The translations under genes and the position numbers were made by a program. From assembly GCA_013239625.1 (NCBI GenBank), contig MU054391.1:2695130-2759129 (forward strand): DNA of 64,000 nucleotides, read 5' to 3'. The notes under the pieces were generated by a model. It had not been told where the DNA came from, did not search any database, and was given only the letters and a program-made list of their open reading frames with translations. Positions 37,523 to 49,851 of the stretch are shown in pieces. Every line of letters starts with the position of its first letter. The first letter of the stretch is position 1. Source of the DNA: Lama guanicoe (taxonomy: Eukaryota).

Positions 37523-39899
37523 AAGATCGACTTGGGAAGGAGGAAAATGAGAAGAGTTCAAAACAATTTAAATGACGTCACATAATACCAAAAACAAACA
37601 AACCATCCCTGAATGTCCCTACACGGTACCGGCTCACCTGTGAAAACGTCCAGAGATTACTGACCTGGTTTTATAAAGACTTTGGAAGTAAATACAAACA
37701 AAGATTGCAAACATAACAGACACTGTGAAGAATATTGCAAACCTGTTCCCTCCTCCTCGGCAACCGGCTGGACCATCTCGCGCCCCTCCCCACCCCCATG
37801 CCCCAGGCCTCGATCTGGGGCCCCGGTGACATCACTGCCCCCTGAGGGATGGCCTGTCATGTGTTTGCTGTGACACAGCCTGTCACAACACAGCAGGATG
37901 CCACACGGGTCAGAGAAGCACACTCCGGGCCTTCCCGTCCAGCAGTCACAGTGTTTGTGAGAAAACACGTTCTTCACCGGCAGCCGACACAGCACTGTGA
38001 GCCCTCACAGGCCGGCGCGCGTTACTGACCCGTCTGGGCGCTCGCAGGGCATCTCCTGAGGCAAAGTGCTTCCAGGATGTTGGCTCTGTGTTCCTACTTG
38101 TCAGGCATCCAGTTAGGTTTCTAAATCCTTGTTGCAAATATAATTTTTGAAGTTAAACCAAGATGCCAGTCTACGCAGTGGATTCTCTCCCTCTCTCTTT
38201 TTTTGTTGTTTTTTTATTTCTGTTTTACATGAAGTGATGGGAAGACTGACTTAAGCAGCTGTTTCGGCGCTGAAGGCCCAGATGAGAGCCTCTGGTCTGG
38301 CGCCGGGCAGAACCCAGCAGTGGCCTCCCTCCGACAGACACGCCTCAGCTCTCCTCCCATCTTTCAGCGCAGAGACGAACACGAGGGCGCCGTGCGGTCA
38401 GGAACAGGCGACGTGGGCGCCGAGCTCTCCATCCCTCTCTCTCTCTGCCTTTCTCGTTCGCTCTCGTTGTTTTATATTATCTGTAATGACTTCCTTCCCA
38501 CATCCCTCCCCCCACCGCACAGCGTGAAGGTAACAGCTGTAAAGTCTTGCACATTCGCACTGAAATGTCACAGTGTGGCGTCATTACACTGTGGCACGGA
38601 ACGCGACATCAGACGTGGCAAGTGGCGTCCCCACGGGCCGGGCTGTTCCTGTGGCTCCCTCCCCCCAAGAGCAGGGATGGGTGAGTGATGGCCTCAAGGG
38701 GTCCCCAGAACCAGTGTGACGCTTCACTGTCATTCTACTTGGAGCGGGGCCGCTGTGCGCTCACCCCGCGGGCACACGGCTCCACAGTGTTCGACTCTTC
38801 GGGGGAGCCTTCTGACCCAGGATTCTGGACTTTGCGTGAAAATGGGGGCGATGACACACCACCGTCAGTGTCAGCGTCTTCACGTTTACAGCTTGGATCG
38901 CGTCATCCCTTTCTTTCTTTAAGGAGAGTTTTTTCTCCAAGCTGCACCGGGACCTAGATTTCGGCACCAAAGTGCTGGGGGTTTTTCTCCTTTGCTGTGA
39001 CCACGAAGGTAAGAGAAAGACAAGCCCGGACGCAAAACCGTGCGCCCGCGGCGGGGACGCAGTTCACCTGGATCGCGATGGACCCTGGGGCCGTCGGGTG
39101 AGCCAGCATCAGAAAAGTTGTGTAGGATTTTCGACAGGTTATTTAGGCTCTCTCAGTCTCAAATCTAGAAAGTGGAGCTGCCAAGTCCAATCTCACAGGA
39201 CTGCACAGACCAGCGGTGACAGCACCTGAGGGGCGGCTGGGGGTGGGGGCCACACTTTGGCTGAACTGCTGATTCTAGGCGCACACAGAACTCGGTGAAG
39301 TTGTGCTCAGGCATTTCCTCACGCACGCATTTCTCCACCTCGTACTTGTGACAAATGAGACTGATTCCCTCATTTTGTTTTCTTTAAAGATTTCCTTTTT
39401 CATTCTTTCATTTAAATGAAAAAGTGAGTTTCTCACGCAATAGTGCAGAGGTGCGGAGAGAGAGCAAGCACCCTGAGCAGGGTCCTGTGTGAAATGCTGA
39501 CATTTGACAACTACCTACACTTGGGACACGTGACAACCCAGCCCCGGCCCCTGGGACATGGGGACTGGCTTCATCACCATGACGTGACTACGGAGGAAAT
39601 GCCTCAAGTCTGTCTTTGATGATGAGGTTCTCCAAGACTCAGCCCACTCAGGACCACCACTGGGAGCGGCGCTCCAGGCCCGGGGCAGAGGGTGAGGAGC
39701 CGCAAAGGTGCCCCTGCCCAGGCCCTGCTCAGAGCATCCTGCCGGGAGCCACTGTCAGCAGAGCCCCTGCCCCCAGATCCCTTCTGTCTCAGGTCAGCAT
39801 TGCCCCGAGAGTCAGAGGCAGCACAGAATTTGGGAGGGATTTCACTGTACCAGTGGACGGGGTATTTTTCACCATTTGGAGGGAGGTAGGATTTTAGGC

Positions 39900-40115
39900 A
39901 AAGGTGCGCCATGGTGGTTAGGACCTGGAGCTCTGAACAGAAGGGGGTGAAAAATCCCAACCGTTCTTCTTTTCATTTTCTATGTGAGGCAGAGTTTTTC
40001 ATCTGTTAAGACTCAGTTTTTTTCTTCTGCACATCAGGCTCAAGGCACCCCTCTATGGGGCATTACAAGAGGTAAATTAAAGGATGCATGTAAGGTGCTT
40101 CCTATGGTGTCTGGT
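39900..40115 (+). mobile_element. MIR relic
   Basis: tggtggttaggacctggagctctg...actcagttttttt...gatgcatgtaaggtgctt...gtgtctgg. Confidence 0.6.
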
Positions 40116-40689
40116 AAAGTTAACTCAGAGTGATGATTTGTCAGGTACTTTAGCAGATCAATGGCTAATTCTCAGTGGTTCAGACATACGGACAAAATTA
40201 CAGGTTTCAGCTCCCGAATTCGAGTTACTGTTTAAGTATGGGCTTGGCCTCTGTTGGCACACTGCCCAGCTTGCTTGCACACCAGGCGTGCAACACATGC
40301 GTACACAACACGCACACACAACACATACACTCAGTCAAGACGCCTCTAGGCACGACGTCTTCCATGATCAGACAACCCACCGTGTCCAGGCCCCTTGTAT
40401 CGCACACATGGACCCACAACACGGAGCTGAGCGGTCAGCTGGGTCCTCTCACTAACTGGTGCCCAGCTGTCTGATTTCATCCACTCCTCCGTCCTCTGTT
40501 TTCCTGGCCTCGGGCTGGCGGAAATTACAGTCTATGAGTTATAGAAGAATGTTAGCTGTATATTTATTAAAGTCACAAAGGCCCCCCCTTTTTTTTCGCA
40601 TTTGTTCTTCCAGAAATGTTACCTTTTGAAGCACAGAGGGCTGAAGAAAGAAATGTCGGACCCACACGGGTGAGCTGGGCAGCCTCAGA

Positions 40690-40820
40690 TCAAGGATGGC
40701 TTTGTCAGTCAGATTAAAGAATTTGACTTTATCTTGGGGGCTTTGAAGCCCCACCAAAGGGTTTTAAATAGAAGATTATCAGGTTCACATTTGTTTTGAG
40801 AAGGCCCTCCTGCCTGAAGA
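40690..40820 (-). mobile_element. LINE-2 relic
   Basis: ttaaagaatttgactttatcttgg...agccccaccaaagggttttaaatag...atttgttttgagaag. Confidence 0.65.
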
Positions 40821-42139
40821 GGGGAGATTCTGTTGGAATGGCGTAAGACCGAGGCAGGAGGCCAGACGGGGATATGAGTGATGATGAATTAAAGACGTTT
40901 CTCTGGACAGGGGCAGATTAGAAAGACCCTTCCAGATAGGATCAGCAGGGCCTGGTGCTAGTTCACCTGGGAGGGGAGAGAATGGGGGTGGATCTACCAG
41001 TGCAGGTGTGGAGAGAGGGCATTTAACGGTCTCCTTGAATCGTCTCAGCGGTCCTGTGGGGCAGGCGACATCACCTCACAATTCAGTGGGTGGTCTGAAC
41101 TCTTCAGTTTGGAGAGCTGTTCTGCGGGCCCAGTTTCAACAGAACGAGGTATGGAAACATGTCGCACTTGTTTAACTCCACTCTGTTCAATTTCAGTTCA
41201 ACGTTAATGCAAAAGAGAGAGAGCAACCCTGCGATGAGGAGCATCGTTTATTTTTCATAGTTACTGATCTGATAAAGACAACATCATGCGTGTGACCGTG
41301 AGAGGCTTAATGTCTTAGTCCAGCCATAAACGGTTTCTCAGAACATCATTCAATTCTTTTTGAAAGTAAGTTCTGATCTTCGCATGACAATGGTGGGGAA
41401 TCAGTGCGGTAGTAAGAAAATGTGAGTTAAGCCCTGGAAACACACATCCGGAGTCTAGACTTTTTCTGTTTCTCTTCATCCACACACACACACATGCAAA
41501 ATATCCACGAATGTTTTACCTCTCCGCCTTTCAGTGTAACCCACCATACTGTGTATGCTAAGAAACTGCAAGGTAGGTGCCTCTGGAAGTTCAAAGTCCT
41601 ACGACAATTACTTCTTCATTGTTTTGAGGTGACCTAAAGGATTAAACAGCACTAAATGTGTAAGAAAGTCGCCAACAAGCCAGTGACTAAACAAACGATC
41701 AGGGGAATGCCCAGCAAGCTTAACCATCAGATCTTTTTTTTTTTTTAAGTGGAAAAGAAAACCTTTATTACAAGTGGAAACAACTTTAGGGGTTTTTATG
41801 GACTCTGTATTGCAGAATCAATTCATACATATTCACCCATAAGCCACCATTATTCTGCTTAATAAACTCCACCATGAGCAAGACGGGTGGACGTGCATTT
41901 GCAGATTTTACTGATCCCATTTTTTGTTTACTGTCCACTTGAGTCCGGATGGGTCTCACTGGCACTTGGAACCCGTTTCGTTGGGACTGAAGGCAACTTC
42001 ACCGCCAGCACCACGGCAACACCTTTGTAACTCCAAGGAACAGGGCTCCTGGACCCCGATCACAGATCTGAGGAGTGAGAGTCAGAGACCTAACGCTGAG
42101 AGGAAGTCCAGGAATCAGAGGCACTGGGCTTCAAGGAGA

Positions 42140-42560
42140 GACGGCGTCACTGACCTTGAACAGGTGTGTTGGAGAAGTAGCAGCGTGGGCGCCGAGTTCG
42201 CCAGAGCGCGCTCTCCAGGCTCGCGGTTCGCACTGCCATGCCGTTTCCGGAACCGCGAACGTCCCACTTTGCACCCGGAGTCGTCCGAGCACTTCATCTG
42301 AACCTGACTCGGGACGAACAGGAGGGAGCGCATCACGGCGCAGCGGGCAGGATTCTCCCCAGGGCCTCCGCCCTGCGCCGGTGGCACTGCTGCGTGGGAC
42401 CTGCCTCCCGCGCCGGGCGGCCGCAGGGCCCGAGCGCGGGTCCCGCCCTCGGTGCAGACGGCTCTCGGCTCCCTGGCCTTCGTGTCTTTTCGTTCCAGCA
42501 GAGCTCAAAGGCCTCCAGCCTTTGGCTGGTCTTGCGGGGGTGGGGCACGTGCGTCCCATC
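42140..42560. promoter_or_regulatory. CpG island-like segment
   Basis: Densest CpG cluster in the window by eye (e.g. cccgcgccgggcggccgcagggcccgagcgcggg). Confidence 0.6.
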
Positions 42561-43559
42561 ACAGCTCCAGGGAAAACCTCGCCCTGAGCCTCCTGGCTGC
42601 CTTCCTTGCGTTTTGCCCTGTGTTACTTTCACACGGAGAGAGACGGACTTGGTCAGTTTGCGAGGCTTTTCCCCCTCTCCTCGTCCTGGCTTGCTCAGCA
42701 TTGGACAGTCAGGTGCCCTGTGTCAGAAGCAGTGAATTCTTGCCGCAATTCCAGGATTCTGTGTTAGCTTATATTCTTATTTCATGTGCTCACTTACCAT
42801 CGCTTTTTCCCCTTTTGCCTTTGCTGCTTAGTTCAAAAGGAGATTCATTAAGACTTACCCACTATTCAACCCCCTCAAAAGCTATATTAAGAACAAGAAG
42901 ATAATGTTTGCAAATCATTTGAACCCCTCTGAAGGAAATTACCGTCTGAATTGTACTTAAAATTATCTTGAGGAGTACTTCCTGGCATGAAAAGTAATCT
43001 TTCTCAAAATTATCGTCATAGATTTTATCACAGCCATTTAATAAAAGTTCTCCCCCTCAGTATCCATAGGGGTTAACATAGTAGAGTGTACTTTGTATCG
43101 ACATTGTCCCTAAATTCAATGTCATAGTTATTCATTTATTCCAGAATTTAAAGACTTGAAAATAACAGAGCTCTTATTATATTTAATGGCTCAAAAGTCA
43201 AGACAACAATTATGAACCAATGAAACTAGCATTTGGATGATATATATAGCTAGACAGATTCAGAGGTGGAGGTGGAGACAGAGAGAGGGAGAGAGGGAAG
43301 AATATAGGTACCCATGTGGATGTAGACAGCTGTGTCGGACACAGGTATAGATGTAGTGTATGCAGGTTAACACTGAAACACAGAAGAGAGAGCTTACGGA
43401 AGCACGCACATGGAATTAAGACTTAAAAAGAAATTGGTCTTGAGTTTTTAAAATTATTACAAGATGATAAAAATGAATGGGCAATCCAAAGCATAGCGTG
43501 TAGTGAAGCACACTTGAGAGGCTGAACTGTAAGGCGAGAAGTGATGTCCATGAACGTGG

Positions 43560-43700
43560 GATGCCTACGACAGTCGTTCTCAGGGAACTACACTTCTGGC
43601 CCCTAACCTGGAAGATCATTACCTGGGTGTTGATCTTCCACAGTTCATCATACTGCACAGATATTTAGTATGCATTTCTATGGCTGAGTTATGCTTAACA
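43560..43700 (+). mobile_element. Ancient L1 (L1ME-like) 3' end
   Basis: ttacctgggtgttg...ttcatcatactgcacagatattt...tgcatttctatg...gttat resembles L1ME 3' termini. Confidence 0.55.
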
Positions 43701-44334
43701 TAAGACAGAATTTTTCAAAAAGTAGTTATAGGAAAATTCTCACAGTAATCCAGGGAGCAGGCACTTAATAAGAGCACCCTGAGCACACTTAGCCATGGTC
43801 TTACAGCCAGGGATGGCCTTCTTGTTTGTCCTCAGATAGCAGCATCAAGCTGCGTGTGCAGACCCAGTGCCTGCAGACCGGGAGCTCCCTTATCTGGGGC
43901 CCAGAAGCTGATGACATCCACTGTGAGAGGGGCACCAACGTGGTGACAAGTACGGCTGACCTAGGACCAGGTGGCATTGGGAATGACCTCAGGGCTGTGA
44001 AGATCATTGTAATTAGGTAGCCAGGCGATGGAAAACACAACAAAATGTGGCCCTGGGAGAGACCAGCTCATTAAAAGTCCGTTGGGGTCCACCGTGTCCC
44101 GACTGAGTTGCTAGATGGCGTAAACTAGGCAGAAGAGTTCAAGAAGCCTCTGCAGGAGGTTATCATTTATTTGAAGGAAACGTTGGCCCAGGAGAGAATC
44201 TTATGCACTCACAAGCCCCTGGCAGCAAAATCAAAATAATGTTATGCTAGAATAAGGAAACATAAACATTCAAGGGACATAGTAAAGGGAAGTTTGGAAT
44301 GGGGTGTAATTAATCCCTGGCTTGAGAACAGTGA

Positions 44335-44338
<4 letters not shown>

Positions 44339-44369
<31 letters not shown>

Positions 44370-44372
44370 GTG
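44339..44372. repeat. (GT)n microsatellite
   Basis: Read directly. Confidence 0.95.
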
Positions 44373-46419
44373 TTTTGAAGGAGGAGACAGGCACTGGTTT
44401 GCAAGAAGGATGGAAGAAGATTCTCTCCATGCACTTAGGGGAGAGCCTGCATGTCAGGAAGGGAGTCACGTGATGAAAGGTGGTCGAGAAAGAACACTCC
44501 AGTCCAGGCAAGCAGGACTGCAGCAGGGGACAGAGGAGTCGGCAGCAGGAACCGGAAGTTTCCTCCAAGAGGAAGTCCAGAGTAACGAGGGGTGAAGTCA
44601 TGCTGGAGTCATGCTGAGGAATGACTGGAATCAAGGACATTTTAGAAAAATAATTTAAATCACCTATTTATAGGGACTGGCCCGAGTGAACGAGGATGAC
44701 TGAGTAGCCTTCAAGAAGAGCACATTTGAAGTCTCTTATTCTTCCTGCAAAGCAAAAACCCGAAAAGCCCAGCTTTTAGGCAGCTGCTAGTAAACAATTC
44801 CGTTAATTACTACTGGCTTAGGACATGCTTTAATAATTCAATTTTTGTTTAATGACTAGATAGAGTTTACCCAACCATGGTGATCGTTTAATACTTCATG
44901 CTCTGTTTTATTATCAAATTTGCATAGATATCTATAAAAAAAACAAGTAGGGAGAGATGTAACATTTCCATGCATCTTACTGGACAAAATTGCAATTTTT
45001 GTTTTAACAACGTGAGGAAATATGCTGGCATCTCTTTGAAATTAGTCAAAGTTATAGTCATTAAAAACGTAAGAGGAAGAAAAACAACAATCCAGCCTGT
45101 CTTGTTTATCTATGCAGGTTCCCAGCTGTGTTCATTGTGAAGGGAGAGAAGGGCAAATGAAAAGATGCTGGGCTCCTGCCAGAAAAGGAAATGGAATCTC
45201 CATATTGCATTTATTGCCCTGGCCGGCTTGGCTTCCATTCATCATATATTTAGTTAATGCAAATAGAACGACTTAGTCCTGGTTGGAATGAATAATTGTA
45301 TGAATGATCAGACTTGAGATGTCAAAACTATCAGCCTCTCCACTGAGATCTCAGACGCTCAGCTTTTTTAAGTACCGAATTTTAGGGGTACCAGCTCCCC
45401 CCTCTCTCCTGCTTCAATTCGTGGCTTGTTTCTCAATGATCCCTATAAAGGAATTACCCGGGGACGTGTTTTCCCCACTTCCCACCCCTGCTTTCCAGCT
45501 GGAATCCTGAATCCAATTATAAATCCATTAAAATGTATATAAATGACTGAAAAACCGTAGCATGCCTTTTCAGAGCTGGACCACATTTCCTTGAGTCGAG
45601 AGGAGGACCCTAGCAAAGAGTTGTGTGGACTAAATGTTTGGACAAACCATCATCTCAGAATCTGGTTTCTATATATTTGATGACGTTTTTTTCTTTGTTT
45701 AATGGCAGCCTACCATATCTGCCAGTATTATTTTAATAGAGGTTCTTAAATTTCAAGCTCATATGTTTTCAGCCACACGGGAGACCCGTCAGGCTACTCT
45801 CATTTGTAAAGTAAGGATGAAGTCATGACAAAGCTCCAGAGCAGATGGAGGCATCAGTAGAAAGGGTGTTTTAAAAGATATTCAGGCAGACACACTAATT
45901 TGCAGAAACATCTTAAAGGCTTTTAGGCCAATAGAAATAGAACTGTTTACAAAATGTTTTGCCCAAGATGAACTGTTTCTCAAGTATATTTACTAGATGC
46001 TTCACTAATACCAAGTTTCTTCTATCTGCTCAAAATAATCTCTTCATATCCAATTTCAGAGCCTCTAGACAAAGATTCTTCCAGGTCTTAATTGAACAAG
46101 ATGATTATTTACTTTTTTTAATTTAAAGGCACAATTTTTGTATTATAACTGTTACTGCTCCAAATGAGAGTAAATTTGATAAGCTCCAGTTTAAAGATGC
46201 ATGCCTAGAAAGAAAAAGGTCACATTAGCTCAGAAGGCCAAGGGCAGCCCACTCAGCTGGAAAGACATGATCAACCTTGGCGATGCAATTAGGTGCATCC
46301 GACAGAAGCGTCTGGAAGTTCCACAAGCGTGTCCAGTTGAGGAGACAGCGGTGCTGAATTTGGCCAGCCAGGTTATCACAGTGTCCGTGAGAAGAACCAC
46401 TTTGTTCTAAGCCGTCAGA

Positions 46420-46890
46420 CTTTCTGGTCTGTATAGGATGGGCTCCAAATTCCTCAGCTGGCCATGTAAAGCCCTTTGGAGCTCTCACTAGCGAGCCTTT
46501 CCTACATCATTCTCCCAAATCCCTTTAGACCATTCAGCTCATCTTCTGATTGTGCAGACACACAGTTACAAAGGCAGGTGGAGCTGGACTTGCCCACATC
46601 CTTTCTGGTCACTAATTCCTACTCATATTTCCGGATGCGTTTTAGCTTCTGTATCCACCAGGATAATTTCCCTGGACGACTTAACTGGGAGAAATGTTTG
46701 CCTTTTCTGGAAGCTTGCAATATGCCGTGTATAACTATCTTGTCACCCCACTGAGACTTACACTCAAGTTATTTATGCAGATGTCTTATTTCACCAATGA
46801 ATTACAATCATATTAAAATCATAGCTTCTAATTTGGTCTTTGTTATACACCCGATGCACAGCCTCTTGCACATAGTAGACTAAGAAAATA
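46420..46890 (+). mobile_element. LINE-2 3' region relic
   Basis: ataggatgggctccaaattcctcagctggc...aagccct... through ...gcacatagtagactaagaaaatattg. Confidence 0.65.
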
Positions 46891-47129
46891 TTGTCTTGAT
46901 GCTGATGCATCATCTTGAAGTGTCCTTTCATCACACCCTCGTTCTCCTTCTGCAGTTTAAAATGTAATCCATTCTTCCATTCCATCTCCTCCATGGGTCC
47001 TTTTCTTGATTCTCCAAAATTGGAAATAGACTGACAATATGACCCAAAGCGTTCAGAACTATTGTATCTCACAATTAGGATGTGTGCGATTAGGAGCATC
47101 AGGCCAGTAGATTAGTTAAAGCAGAAGAA

Positions 47130-47490
47130 AGAGAGAGAAAGACAAGTATCATATGATGTCACCTGTATGAGAAATCTAAACAAAAATGACACAAATGAAC
47201 TTATTCGCAAAACAGAAACAGACTCACAGACATAGAAAACAAACTTATGCCAGCATTTTTAATAAATTAGGTCTTCGGGAGTAACAGATACACACTACTG
47301 TATATAAGATAGATACACAACAAGGTCCTACTATAGAACACAGGCAACTGTATTCAATAGCTTGTAATAACCTATAATGAGAAAGAGTATACATATGTGT
47401 GTGTGACTGAATCACCGTGCTGTGCGCCAGAAACTAGCACAACATGGGAACTCAACTACACTTCAATTAAAACCAACCAAGGAACAAACA
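47130..47490 (+). mobile_element. Artiodactyl-type L1, ORF2 end plus 3' UTR, 5'-truncated
   Basis: gagaaagacaagtatcatatgat (ORF2 C-terminus EKDKYHM)...acagaaacagactcacagacatagaaaacaaacttatg...caactacacttcaattaaaa. Confidence 0.9.
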
Positions 47491-49364
47491 GAAAGATGGC
47501 AGGGGGAGCTAAGTGGGAGAGGAAAGCTGGGGGCTCAGGCTGACCCACAGAACAGAAGGAAGCCAGGCAGCACATGAAGGGCACCGATGCGTTACGGAGA
47601 GGTTTTACTAGATCACGTTTACAGGAGCGGAAATGAGGCGCACCGAAGACGCAGGTGGAAGAGGGATTGATCCACTCAACGTGCTGTTGGAAATATGAAC
47701 GCATTTGTGTTTTGAATCCTACCTGCAAGTTGGAAATTTACAGACACCAGGTAACGGACGAGTGCGAGGTGGTGGAGCGCCTCAGTGGGGGCCGAACGTC
47801 GTGGTCCTCCGACGCCCCACGTGACACTCACGGCGCAGAGCGCAGCAAGTGCACTGGGGGACCCTGAACTCAGGATCCTCAGGGGCAGGAGCTCACCTCG
47901 GGCTGATGTGAGGCAGGGAACTGAGTACCACACTCCAGACTCCGTCCTCCCAGGTCCCCCGGGGCCCTGTAGCAATGCCGGGCAGAAGCCTAAGTTCTCC
48001 ATCTTGCCTACTCATGTCCACCCCTATGGAGGGACCAGTCCCAGCACCGTGATGCTCAGCTTTACAGAATTTCAGGGCAGGGCAGCCTTCTCACCACGGT
48101 CTCCCTCCCAGGCTGATGCCAACGTATTTAAACTACTGAGTCTGAAGATAAAGCACGAATAAAAATTTTACAAACTGTAATGGACTTGACTGCATTTTTT
48201 GGAAAATGCTCTCTCTGGCCTGACTGATTGGGAGAATGACTGCACGCCAAGGAGCTGGAGTGAATAATATTGTGGTCCATGGGCTACAACACATCCTCTT
48301 ACCCCAAGACCGCAAGGGCAACACTGTCTGCTCTCAAGACACCGAGAATCAGCAACATTATCCTTCCTCTCCTGCTGATGCCCCATCCCGTCCCATCCTG
48401 ACTCTGAGTACGGGCTTTTCCCTCTGGGGCCTCTCCCCGCTCCTCCGCCTCCCCCTCTCTCTGCCACACCACCCAGCACTGTGTGTAGGGCTGCCCGGAC
48501 CTTAGCAGTGGAGGGTGGAGCCCAGAACTGGCCTTCCACACCTCGTGAATGAGAATACCGCCCACACCGTTCCAAGAGCTGGACTCTCCCAACTCCTTCA
48601 CATTTCCTATGTTCCTGATACCCCAGAATGAAAATGTCACACCCTGATTTAAAATTCATTGAGATGACAGTGGGATATTTCAATTATGTTTCCGTTGTGG
48701 TTCAGCTGTAAGTACTTCTGCTGTGAACAAGCACCGCCATGTAATCCAGGAGATGTACGTGGCAATGTTGAAGGCAAGGAGCAGCCCTCTCTCCCGGTTC
48801 CGTCCCACCCTTTCCTCTGAAGCCCTCTGCGTTGCAGGGAGCACCGGCAGACCTATTTTTAGAAGACCCCCTTTGATGTGGGGCAGCATACATCCTGTTA
48901 CTGCTCTTCAACAGTTTCTTTCCCCTGGCCTTTAAATGTATACATTTGTTAAAGCAGGCCAATGTTTACAGTGACCTCGAAGACATTCTCTCCTGCCCCG
49001 TCTGCCGCTCAGTTAAAGCCTTGATGTAAACCATTCGGTGCCCACAGAAGTGACTGACTGACTGACCGAGTGGAGCCCTGCTCAGTTGGCATCTTCCATC
49101 TGTAATTCACTTAACTCCTTTCTTGACTGATTTGGAGCAGGGTGTTCTGATGTTTGAAACAGGAATACGCACAGAGCACAGGGCCTCGGTTTTGTTTGGG
49201 GTTTTGGGGTGTGAGCAGGGGGAATGCTTGCTGCTCCTCCCAGGCTCGTCCCCAAGGCTACTGGGTGGTGACTGTGAGGGCCGGGCTGACAGACTCCCTG
49301 CACCTTTAGCTTCTCCTGCTCCAACCAGCACGTCTTCATAATCGCAGCTCATCAGTGGCTTTTT

Positions 49365-49851
49365 TTTTTTTAACCGAAGTACAGTCGGTTACAATGGTCA
49401 GTCTCTGGTGTACAGCACAATGTCCCAGTCAGGCATATGCATACATATGTTCACGTTCATATTCTTTTTCATTAAAGTTTATTACAAGATATTGAATATA
49501 GCTCCCTGTGCTATACAAAAGAAATTTGAGTTTTTAAAATCTATTTTGTGTATAGTGGCCAACATCTGCAGATCCCAAACTCCCAAATTTATTCCTTCCC
49601 ACTCCCTTTCCCCTGATAGCCATAAGATTGTTTACTATTTCTGTGAGTCAGCCATAATAAAGAATAAAATAATGCCATTTGCAGCAACATGGATGGACCT
49701 AGAGGTCGTCATTCTAAGTGAAGTCAGCCAGCAAGAGAAAGAAAAATACCATGTGATGTCACTCATATGTGGAGTCTGAAAAAAGGGAAAAAGAAGACAC
49801 TGGTGACCTCAGCTACAAACCAGAAACAGGCTCGCGGACACAGTGAGCAAG
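49365..49851 (-). mobile_element. Camelid-type L1, 5'-truncated and 5'-inverted
   Basis: Antisense 3' UTR at 49365-49649, then a sense piece encoding the ORF2 C-terminus 'SAIIKNKIMPFAATWMDLEVVILSEVSQQEKEKYHVMSLICGV*'. Probable TSD cagtggcttttt (49353-49364) / cagtggctcttt (49852-49863). Confidence 0.9.

Noticed and set aside
38565..38595. 13-bp G:U-containing hairpin (tgtcacagtgtgg / ttacactgtggca)
   Set aside because: Too short for a pre-miRNA and does not extend.
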